Of a stretch of 64,000 nt of DNA, positions 1 through 12,590 are shown piece by piece. Origin of the DNA: Candidatus Eiseniibacteriota bacterium (lineage in GTDB: Bacteria > Eisenbacteria > RBG-16-71-46); NCBI GenBank assembly GCA_963717505.1, contig OY970342.1:3328001-3392000 (forward strand). The letters are read 5' to 3'. The notes under the pieces are model-generated. The model did not search any database. It was given only the letters and a program-made list of their open reading frames with translations, and was not told the origin of the DNA. Numbering within the stretch: the first letter of the stretch is position 1; every line of letters starts with the position of its first letter. A program made the translations under genes and the position numbers.

Positions 1-49
1 CCCCCGGCGACGTCCTGACGATCCTGCCCGCCGTCTCAGGAGGCTGAAC

Positions 50-1162
50 ATGTCGGAACGCGTGGTCCTCACGATTGGAACCAAGAAGGGGCTGTTCGTC
101 GCGGAGTCGGCGAAGGCCCGGCGCAGCTTCACGCTGCGCGGACCGTACGGCGCCGGAGTGTCGGTCTATTCCAGCATGATCGACACTCGAGGCACGCCGA
201 AGCTCTATGCCTCGAGCTGCAATCCCTTCTTCGGCATGAAGGTGCTGCGCTCGACCGACCTCGGCAAGTCGTTCAAGGAAACCAAGTCGGCGCCCGCGTT
301 TCCCAAGGACGACGGCCGCGCCCTGATCAACATCTGGGCGCTGGAACCGGGTGCCGACCGCAAGGATCTGCTGTGCGGTGTCGAGCCCGCCGCATTGTTT
401 CGAAGCGGCGACGGCGGCGACTCGTGGGAAATGGTCCCCGGCATCAGCAACCACGAGCACGCGCGCAAATGGCACCCGGGCAACGGCGGCCTGTGCATGC
501 ACACCATCATTCGGGACGGCAAGCGCGTGCATCTCGGGATCTCGACCGGCGGCCACTACCTGAGCGAAGACGGCGGCACGAGCTTCAAGGCCTCCAACAA
601 AGGCATCGGTGCCGGCTTCACGCCCGACCCGTACCCGGAATTCGGTCAGTGTGTGCACAAGATCGCCCGTCATCCGGACGCTCCGGGACGTCTCTACATG
701 CAGAACCACGGCGGCTGGGCCAATTGGGACGGACCGGGAGGGCCGCGTCCGGGTATCGGCGTGCTGCGGAGCGACGACCACGGCAGGACCTGGCGGTCGA
801 TCGCCGAGGGTCTGCCGTCGGATTTCGGCTTCCCGATCCTGGTCCATCCGCACGATCCCGACACGGTGTACGTCATGCCGCTCGAGCCGATGACGCGCAC
901 CTGTCCCGGTGGCGCCCCCGCGGTGTGGCGCAGCGAGAACGGCGGCGACTCGTGGCGGCGCCTGGCCAAGGGACTGCCGAAGAAGCAGAGCTACTTCACG
1001 GTGCAACGCGATGCCATGGACATCGACGAACTCAAGACGCCTGCGATCTACTTCGGGACCACGACGGGCCAGCTTTGGATCGGGCGCGAGGGTGGTGAGG
1101 AGTGGAGCTGTGTGTTCGACGCGTTGCCGCCGATCCACAACGTGAAGGTCGGCCTGGTTTGA
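50..1162 (+). CDS. BNR/Asp-box beta-propeller protein (exo-alpha-sialidase-like / WD40-YVTN repeat family)
   Basis: Repeated Asp-boxes (RSTDLGKSF, RSGDGGDSW, RSDDHGRTW, RSENGGDSW); family motifs GTKKGLF, GQCVHK, YMQNHGG, LPSDFGFP; SD AGGAGG upstream. Confidence 0.85.
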   Translation: MSERVVLTIGTKKGLFVAESAKARRSFTLRGPYGAGVSVYSSMIDTRGTPKLYASSCNPFFGMKVLRSTDLGKSFKETKSAPAFPKDDGRALINIWALEPGADRKDLLCGVEPAALFRSGDGGDSWEMVPGISNHEHARKWHPGNGGLCMHTIIRDGKRVHLGISTGGHYLSEDGGTSFKASNKGIGAGFTPDPYPEFGQCVHKIARHPDAPGRLYMQNHGGWANWDGPGGPRPGIGVLRSDDHGRTWRSIAEGLPSDFGFPILVHPHDPDTVYVMPLEPMTRTCPGGAPAVWRSENGGDSWRRLAKGLPKKQSYFTVQRDAMDIDELKTPAIYFGTTTGQLWIGREGGEEWSCVFDALPPIHNVKVGLV

Positions 1163-1252
1163 TCGGCGGCACGACCGCCGAGGGTGTGTCCGCAGCTTGA
1201 AACGGGCGCCGGCGACCGCCGGCGCCCACTGCGTTCACTCACCCGGCTGGAG

Positions 1253-1258
1253 TAGACT
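1253..1258 (+). promoter_or_regulatory. -10 box TAGACT 6 nt before kinase start (putative leaderless promoter)
   Basis: TAGACT-cgaccc-GTG with no SD; same layout at the other three kinase genes. Confidence 0.6.
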
Positions 1259-1264
1259 CGACCC

Positions 1265-3538
<2,274 letters not shown>

Positions 3539-3560
3539 GTCGCTTTCGTCGTGGAACTGG

Positions 3561-3595
3561 AACGGGCGGGTCGCCTTCTGCACGACCCGCCCGTT
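3561..3595. terminator. Stem-loop between convergent genes (putative bidirectional terminator)
   Basis: Perfect 13-bp inverted repeat AACGGGCGGGTCG-N9-CGACCCGCCCGTT. Confidence 0.6.
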
Positions 3596-3614
3596 GTGCT
3601 TCAACGATCGCGCG

Positions 3615-4067
3615 CTACTGGACGACGAAGTCCCTCGATCCGGCGGGTACGCCGTTGGCCGTCACCTCGACGCGGTATTGCCCGGTCGGCCATCCACCGG
3701 TCTTGCTGATGTGGAACTCGGTCGCTGCCGGGCCGGTCGGCGCGATGGCTTCGCTCATCTCATTCACCAGCTGACCGTCCCCATAGGTCCAGCGCACCGC
3801 CAGGGTCGCGCTCGGCGTCGTGCCTTCGGTCGAGATCGAAACGTAGATCGTGTCCTTGGTTCCAAACGACGTCGTCGGGGTCAGCACGCGCTTGTCGGGT
3901 CCGACCTCCGAGCCCAGCTCGAGACCGAGGACCTTGAATTCCACCGGAGCCGGAGGCGGTGTCGATGCCGGGGCCTCCTCGGCCGGCTTGGGCTTGGCGC
4001 AGCCGGCCAATCCGATCGCCGCAAGACACAGCAGAGTGGTCGCCACGCATCTCGTCACTGATCTCAT
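3615..4067 (-). CDS. Hypothetical lipoprotein with Ig-like beta domain
   Basis: ATG at 4067 with SD GGAGGA; lipobox LAGC, Pro-rich linker, C-terminal GGWPTGQYRVEV beta-sandwich. Confidence 0.75.
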   Translation of the reverse strand: MRSVTRCVATTLLCLAAIGLAGCAKPKPAEEAPASTPPPAPVEFKVLGLELGSEVGPDKRVLTPTTSFGTKDTIYVSISTEGTTPSATLAVRWTYGDGQLVNEMSEAIAPTGPAATEFHISKTGGWPTGQYRVEVTANGVPAGSRDFVVQ

Positions 4068-4190
4068 GTGTGCATCCTCCTTGAGCACGGGTGGGTCAGG
4101 CTTCGGGGATCCTGAACTTCTGGCTCGGCGGGCATCCTAGCACTCCTGACGCCCGGAGTTGGTGCGCCGATACACCCATTTGGAGAGCCT

Positions 4191-5039
4191 CTACGTACCG
4201 TACGTCCCGGCTCGTTGGGCTTCGGTTCGGTTCATCCAAACCACGAAGACTCCGGCGCAAACCCAAAGCAGACCTACGGTGAGCCAGGCCACCAGGGAGG
4301 CGCTGAGGCCGAACACGTTCGTCGCCCCCGGGGTCGCCGAGGGCACGATGTCCTTGGTGTTGTTCACCGCGGCGTGCAGCAGCATGGGGAGCAGCAGGCA
4401 GCCGTTGGCCTTGACGTAGAGCCATGCAAACGCCACTGACAGCGCCGTGACCTGCAACAGAAACACGACGAACGACTGCCCGTAGGTGTCGCCTGCGCGC
4501 AAGAAGAACAGCGGCAGGTGCCACAGCGCCCAGATCACGCCGAGCGCCAGGCTGGCGCGCGCGAGGCCCAGCCGCGATGCCAGCCGGGGGAGCGCATAGC
4601 CTCGCCAACCGATCTCCTCACCCGCCTGGAACGGAGTCGACATGGCGATGACGAACGGAATGAACGGCCACGGCAGATCCCCGAACGGCGGCCACTCCCC
4701 AGTCACCACACGGTGGACCAGGGCGGCGGTGAGTTTGATCGCCGCCATGTAGCCGACGGCAAACACATACCAGCGCACCGCCACGGATCGCGGGATCACG
4801 CGACCGAGCAAGGCGTGAACCCCGGCGTCCCCCTGGTTCCTGGACGTGAGCCAGATCGCGACCAGGGAAGGGGCGTAGGTCCCCAGGTGCAGGAGGATGC
4901 TCCCGAGCAGCGTATGCGACGAAATGCCAGCGAGGATCGGCGTCCAGCAGGCCCAGGTCACGGCGAAGGTGATCCCGATGAACTCGAGGGCCGAGCCTGT
5001 CGTCCCGTTATTCCGAAGGAGTTTCATCACCGTCACCAT
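4191..5039 (-). CDS. CPBP (CAAX/Abi) family intramembrane glutamic endopeptidase
   Basis: GEEIGWRGY, WALWHLP and LLHAAVN motifs; multiple TM helices. Confidence 0.9.
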   Translation of the reverse strand: MVTVMKLLRNNGTTGSALEFIGITFAVTWACWTPILAGISSHTLLGSILLHLGTYAPSLVAIWLTSRNQGDAGVHALLGRVIPRSVAVRWYVFAVGYMAAIKLTAALVHRVVTGEWPPFGDLPWPFIPFVIAMSTPFQAGEEIGWRGYALPRLASRLGLARASLALGVIWALWHLPLFFLRAGDTYGQSFVVFLLQVTALSVAFAWLYVKANGCLLLPMLLHAAVNNTKDIVPSATPGATNVFGLSASLVAWLTVGLLWVCAGVFVVWMNRTEAQRAGTYGT

Positions 5040-5136
5040 TCCAGAAGTTCGCCGTTGGGCCGAGGTCGGGACTCCGGTAGGCTGATGGGTGGACCGGGAC
5101 CCCCACGAGCACCAACCCTATACGATCGGAGTCGTG

Positions 5137-7872
5137 ATGAAGAGGTACGGCACCGGCCTCGCGGTCCTGGCGGTCCTGGTCGTATTGGTCGCGATCGCGC
5201 TTCCGCGCCTGAATCCCCGCGTCGCGGGCGACAGTGTATCCCGCCTTCCTGTCGGCCAGAACCCGATGGCGGTCGGCACCGAAGACAATCCCGACGCTCA
5301 GGCCGAGATGGAATTCATGATGCTGCGCGACCCGCGGACGAACGCGATTCCCCGGGGCATTCGCCGGCGTGAGGTCGTGTTCGCACGGAGCCTGCCCCGC
5401 CCCCTGGCGCGCTCGTTCCGCAATGGCCCCGATCGAGTCGCCACGCAGGACCTGGTCTGGACGGAGCGCGGCCCCAACAATGTCGGTGGTCGTACGCGAG
5501 CCTTTGCCGTGGACGTCGCGAGCCCGACCACCCTGCTGGCCGGAAGCGTCGCCGGCGGCATCTGGCGATCGACCGACGATGGTGCATCGTGGTCCCTGCG
5601 CACGAGCCCCGGCCAGATCCACAGCACGACCTGCATTGCCCAGGATGTGCGGGCGGGCAAGACCGACACCTGGTACCTCGGCACTGGGGAGATCCGCGGC
5701 TCGACCACCAACGCCACCCGCTGGGGCGCGCTCTACGTTGGAGACGGCATCTTCAAATCCAGAGACGGCGGCGCGAGCTGGACCCTGCTGCCCGCGACCT
5801 CGTCGGGCACGCCCCAGGTGACCGATGCGTTCGACTACGTGGTCAACGTCGCCACCAATCCGGCCAACGCCGGGCAGGACGAGGCGTTGGCCGCCACGTT
5901 CAGGGGCATCTATCGCACCACCGACGGCGGCGACCTCTGGTCGCCGGTCCTGACTTCCGACTCCGGGTTCACCGACGTCGCGGTCACCGCCACCGGTGTG
6001 TCCTATGCGTGCACCCGTTTGGGCCCCCAGACTCGCATCTGGCGATCGACCAACGGCACGGTCTGGAATCAGATCCAGCCGGCATCGTTCCCGGCGCTGT
6101 CCAATCGCGTGGTGATCGGGCTCGCGCCCTCCAATCCGCAGGTCGTGTATTTCCTGGTTCAAGGCGCCAACACCACGCCGGCCGTCGGTGGGCATCAGCT
6201 CTGGAAGTACACCTACCTTTCCGGCAACGGCTCGGGCGCCGGCGGCACCTGGGTCAATCGCGGCGCCAATCTGCCGAGCGACATCAACACACAGACCGGA
6301 TACGACCAGATCGTCCAGGTCAAGCCCGACGACGAGAGCTTCGTGCTGATCGGGGGCACGAATCTCTATCGCTCGACCGACGGCTATGCGACCAACACGG
6401 CCACCACGGTGATCGGTGGCTATCCGTTCTATCCGGACGGCAACCACCACCCCGACTTGCACGCCGGCGCATTCAGCCCCGCCAACCCGAGCGTCTACTA
6501 CTCGGCCGGCGACGGCGGCGTGTCGAAGGCTCCCGACATCACTGCAATCCTCATGACGTGGGAGAGCCTGAACCATGGGTACAACGTGACCCAGTTCTAT
6601 TCGGTGGCCATCGCACCCGACGCAGGCAGTGATCTGATCCTGGCCGGCGCGCAGGACAATGGCTCTCAGCTCGGAAACGCGCCGGGGGCATCTGACTGGG
6701 TGCTGGCCTACGGCGGTGACGGCACGATCGTCGAGGTATCGCCGGCGGCCGACAATCGCCTGTACACCCAGTATCAGAACGGCCCAATCCAGCGCCAGAA
6801 CTGGGACGGCTCCAACGTCTTTGCAATTACGCCGTCCGGCTCGGCCAACCAGATGTTCGTCAATCCGATCGTGCTCGACCCGAATGTTTCGAGCAGGCTC
6901 TATTATGCGGCCGGCAATTCCCCGACCTCGAGCATGATCTGGCGGAACGACGACGCGCCGAACGCGGAGCCGACCACCGGCTGGACGGCCCTGACCACGA
7001 CCGATGTCGGGGCCGGGGTGGGCTACGTCCGGCGAATCAGCGCACTCGGCATCTCGACCGCGAACCCTGCGAACGTCCTGTACTACGGAACCGTCGACGG
7101 TGTCGTGATGAAAGCCGAGGACGTGCACACCGCGAACCCGACGATGACTTACGTGGCCCCGCCCGGGCTGGGCGCGGGATCCTCGACCGGGGGATTCGTG
7201 CGGTGTATCGCCGTGGATCCCACCAATGCCGAGCATGCTCTGGTTGCGTTTGGCAACTACAACTTCCCGAGCCTGTGGCGAACCACCGACGGCGGCCTGA
7301 GCTGGACGGACGTCGAAGGCAACCTGGCCGGACCCTCGGGGCCGTCGATTCGTTGGGCGACGATGTTCTACCTCGACGATCAGCTCCAGGTGTTCCTGGG
7401 AACCAGCGTCGGCGTGCTCTCGACTTCGGTCTTGGATGGTGCCGCAACCGTTTGGGCACTGGAGGCCGGCGATGCGATCGGCAACGTGATCGTCGGCTAC
7501 ATGGACTATCGCGCGTCGGACCGGACGCTGGCGGTCGGAACCCACGGTCGGGGGGTGTTCACCACCCAGTTCCCACCGGTCACCGCAGTCGGCGACGGGC
7601 CTGTGCGCGGCCGCGCCACGCTGGGCGCGAGCTATCCGAATCCGACGCTCGGAACCGCGACCATTCCCTTCGCGCTGCCGCGCGCGAGCCAGGTCTCGCT
7701 GCGCCTCTACGACGTGGCCGGGCGCGAAGTCGCAGTACTGGCGGATGGACGGCGTGAGGCGGGCCGGCACGAGGTCCGGGTGGCGACCCAGCGCCTGGCG
7801 ACCGGCGCCTACTACTACGTGCTGCGGGCGGACGGTGCGACCGAAACTCGCACGCTGCTGGTGAGGCGCTGA
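5137..7872 (+). CDS. Secreted VPS10/BNR beta-propeller protein with C-terminal FlgD-Ig/T9SS-type domain
   Basis: Signal peptide MKRYGTGLAVLAVL; WTERGPNNVGGRTRA; many SxDGGxxW boxes; C-terminal YPNP...LYDVAGREV...GAYYYVL...TRTLLVRR. Confidence 0.85.
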   Translation: MKRYGTGLAVLAVLVVLVAIALPRLNPRVAGDSVSRLPVGQNPMAVGTEDNPDAQAEMEFMMLRDPRTNAIPRGIRRREVVFARSLPRPLARSFRNGPDRVATQDLVWTERGPNNVGGRTRAFAVDVASPTTLLAGSVAGGIWRSTDDGASWSLRTSPGQIHSTTCIAQDVRAGKTDTWYLGTGEIRGSTTNATRWGALYVGDGIFKSRDGGASWTLLPATSSGTPQVTDAFDYVVNVATNPANAGQDEALAATFRGIYRTTDGGDLWSPVLTSDSGFTDVAVTATGVSYACTRLGPQTRIWRSTNGTVWNQIQPASFPALSNRVVIGLAPSNPQVVYFLVQGANTTPAVGGHQLWKYTYLSGNGSGAGGTWVNRGANLPSDINTQTGYDQIVQVKPDDESFVLIGGTNLYRSTDGYATNTATTVIGGYPFYPDGNHHPDLHAGAFSPANPSVYYSAGDGGVSKAPDITAILMTWESLNHGYNVTQFYSVAIAPDAGSDLILAGAQDNGSQLGNAPGASDWVLAYGGDGTIVEVSPAADNRLYTQYQNGPIQRQNWDGSNVFAITPSGSANQMFVNPIVLDPNVSSRLYYAAGNSPTSSMIWRNDDAPNAEPTTGWTALTTTDVGAGVGYVRRISALGISTANPANVLYYGTVDGVVMKAEDVHTANPTMTYVAPPGLGAGSSTGGFVRCIAVDPTNAEHALVAFGNYNFPSLWRTTDGGLSWTDVEGNLAGPSGPSIRWATMFYLDDQLQVFLGTSVGVLSTSVLDGAATVWALEAGDAIGNVIVGYMDYRASDRTLAVGTHGRGVFTTQFPPVTAVGDGPVRGRATLGASYPNPTLGTATIPFALPRASQVSLRLYDVAGREVAVLADGRREAGRHEVRVATQRLATGAYYYVLRADGATETRTLLVRR

Positions 7873-7952
7873 CGGGACCTCCATCGTTTGCGGCCGAGCA
7901 GACGTGCCCATAGGCTTCGCGCGTCGAACTCGGACCGTGGAGTGACCCGACG

Positions 7953-8876
7953 ATGAGCGTTCTCGACGCAATCGGCGATACGACGATGGTTCGTCTGCGC
8001 AAGATCGTGCCGCCCGACTGCGCCGACATCTTCGTGAAGCTCGAGTGGGAGAACCCCACCGGCAGCGTCAAAGATCGGATGGCGCTCGCGGTGATCGAGC
8101 GCGCCGAGTCGGACGGTCGCCTCAAGCCCGGCGACACCGTCGTGGAGTACACCGGAGGTAGCACGGGGGCGTCGCTGGCCTTGGTCTGCGCCGCCAAGGG
8201 GTACCGCCTCAGGATCGTCAGCTCCGATGCCTTCAGCCCCGAGAAGCTGAACCAGATGGCCGCCCTGGGCGCCGAGCTGACGTTGGTCCCGAGCGAGGGT
8301 GGGTTGACCACCAAGAAGCTGATCCTGGACATGATCGAGACTGCGCGCCGCCTGAGCCAGGAGCCGCGGACGTACTGGACCGATCAGCTCAACAACGCCG
8401 ACAGCATCGCGGGCTACCACGCCCTGGGCGAGGAGATCTGGAACCAGACGGGGGGTAGTGTCGACGCCTTCGTGCACAGCGTGGGGACCGCGGCCTGCAC
8501 CCGCGGGGTAGCGAACGTGCTCAAGCGACACAAGCCGGCGGTCCGGATCGTGGTGGTCGAGCCCGCCGAGTCGGCGGTCTTGTCAGGCGGTGCTCCGGGT
8601 CCGCACAAGATCGAAGGCGTTGGGGTCGGCTTCGTCCCGCCCCTGTGGGACCCCTCTCTAGTCGACGAGATCGTGCCGGTTCGAACCGATGACGCGAAGG
8701 CGATGGCGCGGCGCATCGCGCGCGAGGAAGCCTTGTTCGCCGGGACCTCGTCCGGCGCCAATGTCATCGCCGCGATCCATGTGGCCGAGCGCCTGGGACG
8801 GGGAGCCACCGTCGTGACCCTGATGGCCGACTCGGGGCTCAAGTACCTGAACACCGACGTGTACCGAAAGGGATAG
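7953..8876 (+). CDS. cysK: PLP-dependent cysteine synthase family protein
   Basis: KLEWENPTGSVKDR PLP lysine motif, HKIEGVG, GTSSGAN, DSGLKYL. Confidence 0.85.
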   Translation: MSVLDAIGDTTMVRLRKIVPPDCADIFVKLEWENPTGSVKDRMALAVIERAESDGRLKPGDTVVEYTGGSTGASLALVCAAKGYRLRIVSSDAFSPEKLNQMAALGAELTLVPSEGGLTTKKLILDMIETARRLSQEPRTYWTDQLNNADSIAGYHALGEEIWNQTGGSVDAFVHSVGTAACTRGVANVLKRHKPAVRIVVVEPAESAVLSGGAPGPHKIEGVGVGFVPPLWDPSLVDEIVPVRTDDAKAMARRIAREEALFAGTSSGANVIAAIHVAERLGRGATVVTLMADSGLKYLNTDVYRKG

Positions 8877-8882
8877 CAGGAT

Positions 8883-9575
8883 TCAGAACGGCTCTCGAGC
8901 GAACGCGATCCCGAGCGTGACGAGCCACAGCGGCAGCACGACGTTGTTCACTTCGGCGGCCAGAGCCACCGCTGGAGTGACGTTTCGAAACATCGCGGCA
9001 AACCCGACGACGCTGACCGCAATCCCGGCGATACCCAACCATCGGGGCCGCCGAACCGAACGCAGGATCGCGTAGGCGGTCAGCAGAAAGAACAGGTTGA
9101 GCGCCAGCTCGCCGACGAACTCCCCGATGAAGTTCCCCAGGTAGGAGTTCAGTCCGGCGAACAGGGTTTCCAGACTTGCTCTCTCGGGTGGCGATGCGGT
9201 CGCGTAGGCCCGTCCGATCACCCATTGAATGCTGGGCCAGCGCGAGAGACCCAGCATCATGCTGAACGCAGAGATCATCGCGAACATCGCGCTGCTCCCC
9301 GCGGCTCCTGGTGCGGCAGCGCGCAACGCGATCGCGGCTCCGACCCCCGCGGGCACCAGTAGCAGCGGGATGAGCGCATAGAGGGACCAGACCGCGCGCC
9401 CCTCGGTTCCGAGAGCGATCAGGCGCGGCAACACTTCGACGGCCGGTCGATCGAGGATGTCCGGGTAGTCGAAGCGTGCCGCCAGGTAGCTGAACACCGC
9501 GACGAACAGGATCGCCGCCAGGATCAGGGACCAGCCTCCCGCACGGACTGCCAAGACTTCGGCCGACCGGGTCAC
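8883..9575 (-). CDS. DUF4386-like membrane protein
   Basis: FDYPDILDRP, GLSRWP and NxIGEFVGE motifs with hydrophobic helices; GTG start overlaps upstream TGA (GTGA at 9572-9575). Confidence 0.7.
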   Translation of the reverse strand: MTRSAEVLAVRAGGWSLILAAILFVAVFSYLAARFDYPDILDRPAVEVLPRLIALGTEGRAVWSLYALIPLLLVPAGVGAAIALRAAAPGAAGSSAMFAMISAFSMMLGLSRWPSIQWVIGRAYATASPPERASLETLFAGLNSYLGNFIGEFVGELALNLFFLLTAYAILRSVRRPRWLGIAGIAVSVVGFAAMFRNVTPAVALAAEVNNVVLPLWLVTLGIAFAREPF

Positions 9576-10359
9576 GGGACCAGCTCGGTCACCGGAGGAC
9601 CCACGTCGTTGGACACCGGCGGCACGGTTCGCAGATACCGGTACATCGCGCGCAGGTCGTCCTCGCTCATGCGCTGAAACCCCTGCCACGGCATCGGCGA
9701 GCCGGGCAGGACACGCCCGGCGCGAAAGCGTCCAACGAAATCGTCCTCGCTCATGCGGCCGAGTCGCCCGGTGGTCGAGTCGCTCGTGATGTTGGGGGGC
9801 GCCCACACGTGAACGGGTTGGCGAGCACCGTGGCTTTCACCACCTTGCCGAGCAGGCTGTAGCGGTGCGCGGGCACCGGATTCGCCACCGGGGCCTGGGA
9901 GCGCAGATACGACACCACCGCGACCAGATCCTCGTCGGAAAGTCCCTGCATTTCCATGAACGGCAGCAGCGCCCGCCCATCGGCTCCGACGCCATGCCGC
10001 AGCGCTCGGGCGATCGCGCCATCGCTGAACCCGCCGATACCCGTCTCGACGTCGGGAGTGATGTTGCGCGCGTAGAACGTGCCGGGCGGAATCTCCCAGG
10101 CAAACCCGCCGATGAGCGACACGTCGGCGCCCGCCATCGCTGCGGCGTGTTGTGTCGTGTCCCCATGGCACTGGGCGCAATTCGTGACGTTTCGCACCAG
10201 GTAGTGTCCGCGCGCGATCACGGCGGAATCGGTGCTGGCCGTGACGTCGGGGTAGGGGGGGTCGAACTTGAGATTCTGCCGCGAGCCGACGAATGCCGCT
10301 CCAGCCGCGATCACCAGCACCACCAATCCGACCAGGACCAGCAGGATCTTGCGCACCAC
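9572..10359 (-). pseudogene. Cytochrome c (diheme type) with frameshift and apparent internal deletion near 9810
   Basis: N-half has a TM anchor, RGHYL..CAQCH and NITPD; after LANP the frame changes to PPNITSD..SPMPW..DLRAMYRYL, with no second CxxCH. Confidence 0.7.
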
Positions 10360-10425
10360 GGACGGCCCTCCTTGAAATGTTTCGGCCCCGGGAGCGGGAA
10401 CCCCGGGGCGCGAACGGAACTCGCG

Positions 10426-11172
10426 TCAGCCCTGCTCGTCGATGATCACCGGATCGTTCTGCTCCGGCCAGTGTCGTTTGCCGTCGAACTCGATCTGGTG
10501 ACCGGATCGGCTCGCCTTGGTCTCGAGATAGAAGCGGTTCCACTCGGTGGCCGGAATCACGTGCGGAATGCGATCGTTGACCCGGACCCCGAGTTTCCCG
10601 AGTTCCTCGACCTTCTTCGGGTTGTTGGTCATCAGACGGATCGATCCGACGTTCAGGCTCGCCAGCATGTGAGCGGCAACCTCGTAGTCACGTTCATCGT
10701 CCCGAAAGCCCAACGCCAGGTTGGCGTCGACCGTGTCGAGCCCCTGGTCCTGAAGAGCGTAGGCGCGCACTTTGTTGATGAGCCCGATGCCTCGGCCCTC
10801 CTGGCGCATGTAGAGAACCAGGCCACGTTCCATCGTGCCGATCTTCTGCATGGCGACTTCGAGCTGATCCCGGCAGTCGCAGCGCAGGGAGCCCATCACG
10901 TCGCCGGTCAGGCACTCGGAGTGAAGCCGGGTCGGCACTTCCTCGGAGCCCATGACGTCGCCGTGCACCATCGCGACGTGCTCCTTGCCGTCGCGATTGT
11001 TCCAGAAGGCCACGATATGGAAGCCGCCAAACCGGCTCGGTAGTTTGGCAACCGCCTCGACCCGAACGCAGATGTGGTGGGGGCCGAGTCCGTCGCAATC
11101 GTGGTCCCGGTCGCGCTCGACCAGCTGTTCGAGCGTGTCGACGCGCGGGAACTTACCGCAGGGCTGGGTCAT
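10426..11172 (-). CDS. ribA: GTP cyclohydrolase II
   Basis: RLHSECLTGD..SLRCDC Zn ligands, QEGRGIGL, DTVDAN, MTNNPKK. Confidence 0.95.
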   Translation of the reverse strand: MTQPCGKFPRVDTLEQLVERDRDHDCDGLGPHHICVRVEAVAKLPSRFGGFHIVAFWNNRDGKEHVAMVHGDVMGSEEVPTRLHSECLTGDVMGSLRCDCRDQLEVAMQKIGTMERGLVLYMRQEGRGIGLINKVRAYALQDQGLDTVDANLALGFRDDERDYEVAAHMLASLNVGSIRLMTNNPKKVEELGKLGVRVNDRIPHVIPATEWNRFYLETKASRSGHQIEFDGKRHWPEQNDPVIIDEQG

Positions 11173-11229
11173 GAGCCGACCATAGCATGACCCGTCATCC
11201 CTATTGCATCGGCGTTCGCCACGACCTCA

Positions 11230-11270
11230 GAAAAGGACCGCCCCGCTCGGCGAGGTCGAGCGGGGCGATC
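11230..11270 (-). terminator. Intrinsic terminator downstream of DHOR gene
   Basis: On the minus strand, a GC-rich hairpin (CGCCCCGCTCG...CGAGCGGGGCG) followed by CTTTT. Confidence 0.65.
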
Positions 11271-11309
11271 GTTTCGTGGTGCTGGTGCACGCAGTCGACG
11301 TTGATGAAC

Positions 11310-12590
11310 CTACAATGACTTCAAGAACGCCATGAGCGCTTGCCGCTCACGAGAGTCGAGCCGGGTGAATGCCCGACGCGAATCCCTCGCCTGGCCCGCA
11401 TGCGCGAGAATCGCCGCCTCCGCGGTCTTCGCCCGACCGTCGTGGAGGAACGTGGGCCGCGACTTCAAACCCCAGAGTGGCGCCGTCCGCATCTCGCGAG
11501 CACCCGCCTGTCCCTGAACGATGCCATCGCCGAGCTCGCCCATGTCGTGCAGCAGGAAGTCCGAGAAGGGTTGGAATGTCTTGTTCGACAGGGCCGGCAC
11601 CGGATTGGAACCCGTGACGTGCGTCGGCGTGTGGCAGTTGACGCAACCGATGTTCTGGAAGACGCGGGCTCCGGCGTCGGTCAGATTCGACCTGGCGCCA
11701 CGCGGCGGCGGACCCAGGAGGGTCATGAACGCGGTAAACAACTCGACGCCCTCGCCGTCGTCATTCAAATCCGGCGCCGGGTTGAAGTCCAGAGCTTCCT
11801 GGTCGCCCTGCGGCACACTCTCGTTCGGGAACTCCGGATTCGTGATTCCCATCTCGTTCAAGTAGGCATCGCCCGAGAACTGGTGCAACGTCGGGACCTG
11901 AGCCTTCCAGCCGAAACGTCCGACCCGCAACGCGCCGGTGCGAATCTCGCGTACCATGTTCGGCGTACCCGCCGTCGAGGGTGTTTTCCGAGCTTGTTGC
12001 CGTGCGAGTTCAATCAATGCCTGATCGGGAACGGCGTCCACCAGACCGAGACCGAACAGCGGCGTGGTGACTCTCGAGGCACTCACGTTTGCCCGACGAG
12101 GCACGATCTCGGGAATGAACGTGAAGAATCTCCGGCGGCCGGTCCTGATGCGACCAATCGCCTGATCCTGAATGAGTGAGCCTCCGAGACGATCCAGTGG
12201 ATCGAACCGCCCGCGTTCCCACTTTCCGAAGCGAGTCTCGACCCGCCCGGTCGTGCCACCGATCGGGGCGTCGTGGCACACGACACAGCCCGCCTCATTG
12301 AACACCGGGCCAAGACCGTCCTCGACAGTCTCGATCTCCTGGAAGTCCTCGCGGCCATCATTGAACCGCGCCAGATCCTCCGGACTGAGGCCGCCGATCG
12401 GACCTCCGAGGGTCGTGGCCAGGGCAAGGTCGCCGGTCTGATTGAGGATCGACGTGGTGTCCTCATGCGCCGACTCGAACGGCGCGGTGTTGACGGGTTT
12501 TTCGCGAGAGCACCCGGCGAGCGCGAGACTCGCGACCAAGGCGATTGCGAAGGACGTCGCCGAGTGAATGGATGAACGGTGCGGAGTCAT
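11310..12590 (-). CDS. Di-heme oxidoreductase family (DHOR / thiol oxidoreductase) lipoprotein
   Basis: GLGPVFN..CVVCH, PLFGLGL, GRFGWKAQ, CVNCH, DFLLHDMG, RTAPLWG, LHDGRA; lipobox LAGC; SD GGAGG before ATG 12590. Confidence 0.9.
   Translation of the reverse strand: MTPHRSSIHSATSFAIALVASLALAGCSREKPVNTAPFESAHEDTTSILNQTGDLALATTLGGPIGGLSPEDLARFNDGREDFQEIETVEDGLGPVFNEAGCVVCHDAPIGGTTGRVETRFGKWERGRFDPLDRLGGSLIQDQAIGRIRTGRRRFFTFIPEIVPRRANVSASRVTTPLFGLGLVDAVPDQALIELARQQARKTPSTAGTPNMVREIRTGALRVGRFGWKAQVPTLHQFSGDAYLNEMGITNPEFPNESVPQGDQEALDFNPAPDLNDDGEGVELFTAFMTLLGPPPRGARSNLTDAGARVFQNIGCVNCHTPTHVTGSNPVPALSNKTFQPFSDFLLHDMGELGDGIVQGQAGAREMRTAPLWGLKSRPTFLHDGRAKTAEAAILAHAGQARDSRRAFTRLDSRERQALMAFLKSL

Noticed and set aside
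1184-1200. GTCCGCAGCT shared with ~24234-24243, upstream of two kinases
   Set aside because: Only ~10 bp, GC-rich, and not found at the other two kinases; compatible with chance
5008-7971. 987-aa antisense ORF (and similar long shadow ORFs such as 33235-35382, 48343-50349, 31077-32846)
   Set aside because: They mirror real genes on the opposite strand; high GC3 suppresses stops, and the translations are R/G/A-rich with no domain motifs
11173-11310. FMN riboswitch upstream of ribA
   Set aside because: No RFN consensus visible; the region holds only a terminator and a TATGGT-N6-ATG promoter
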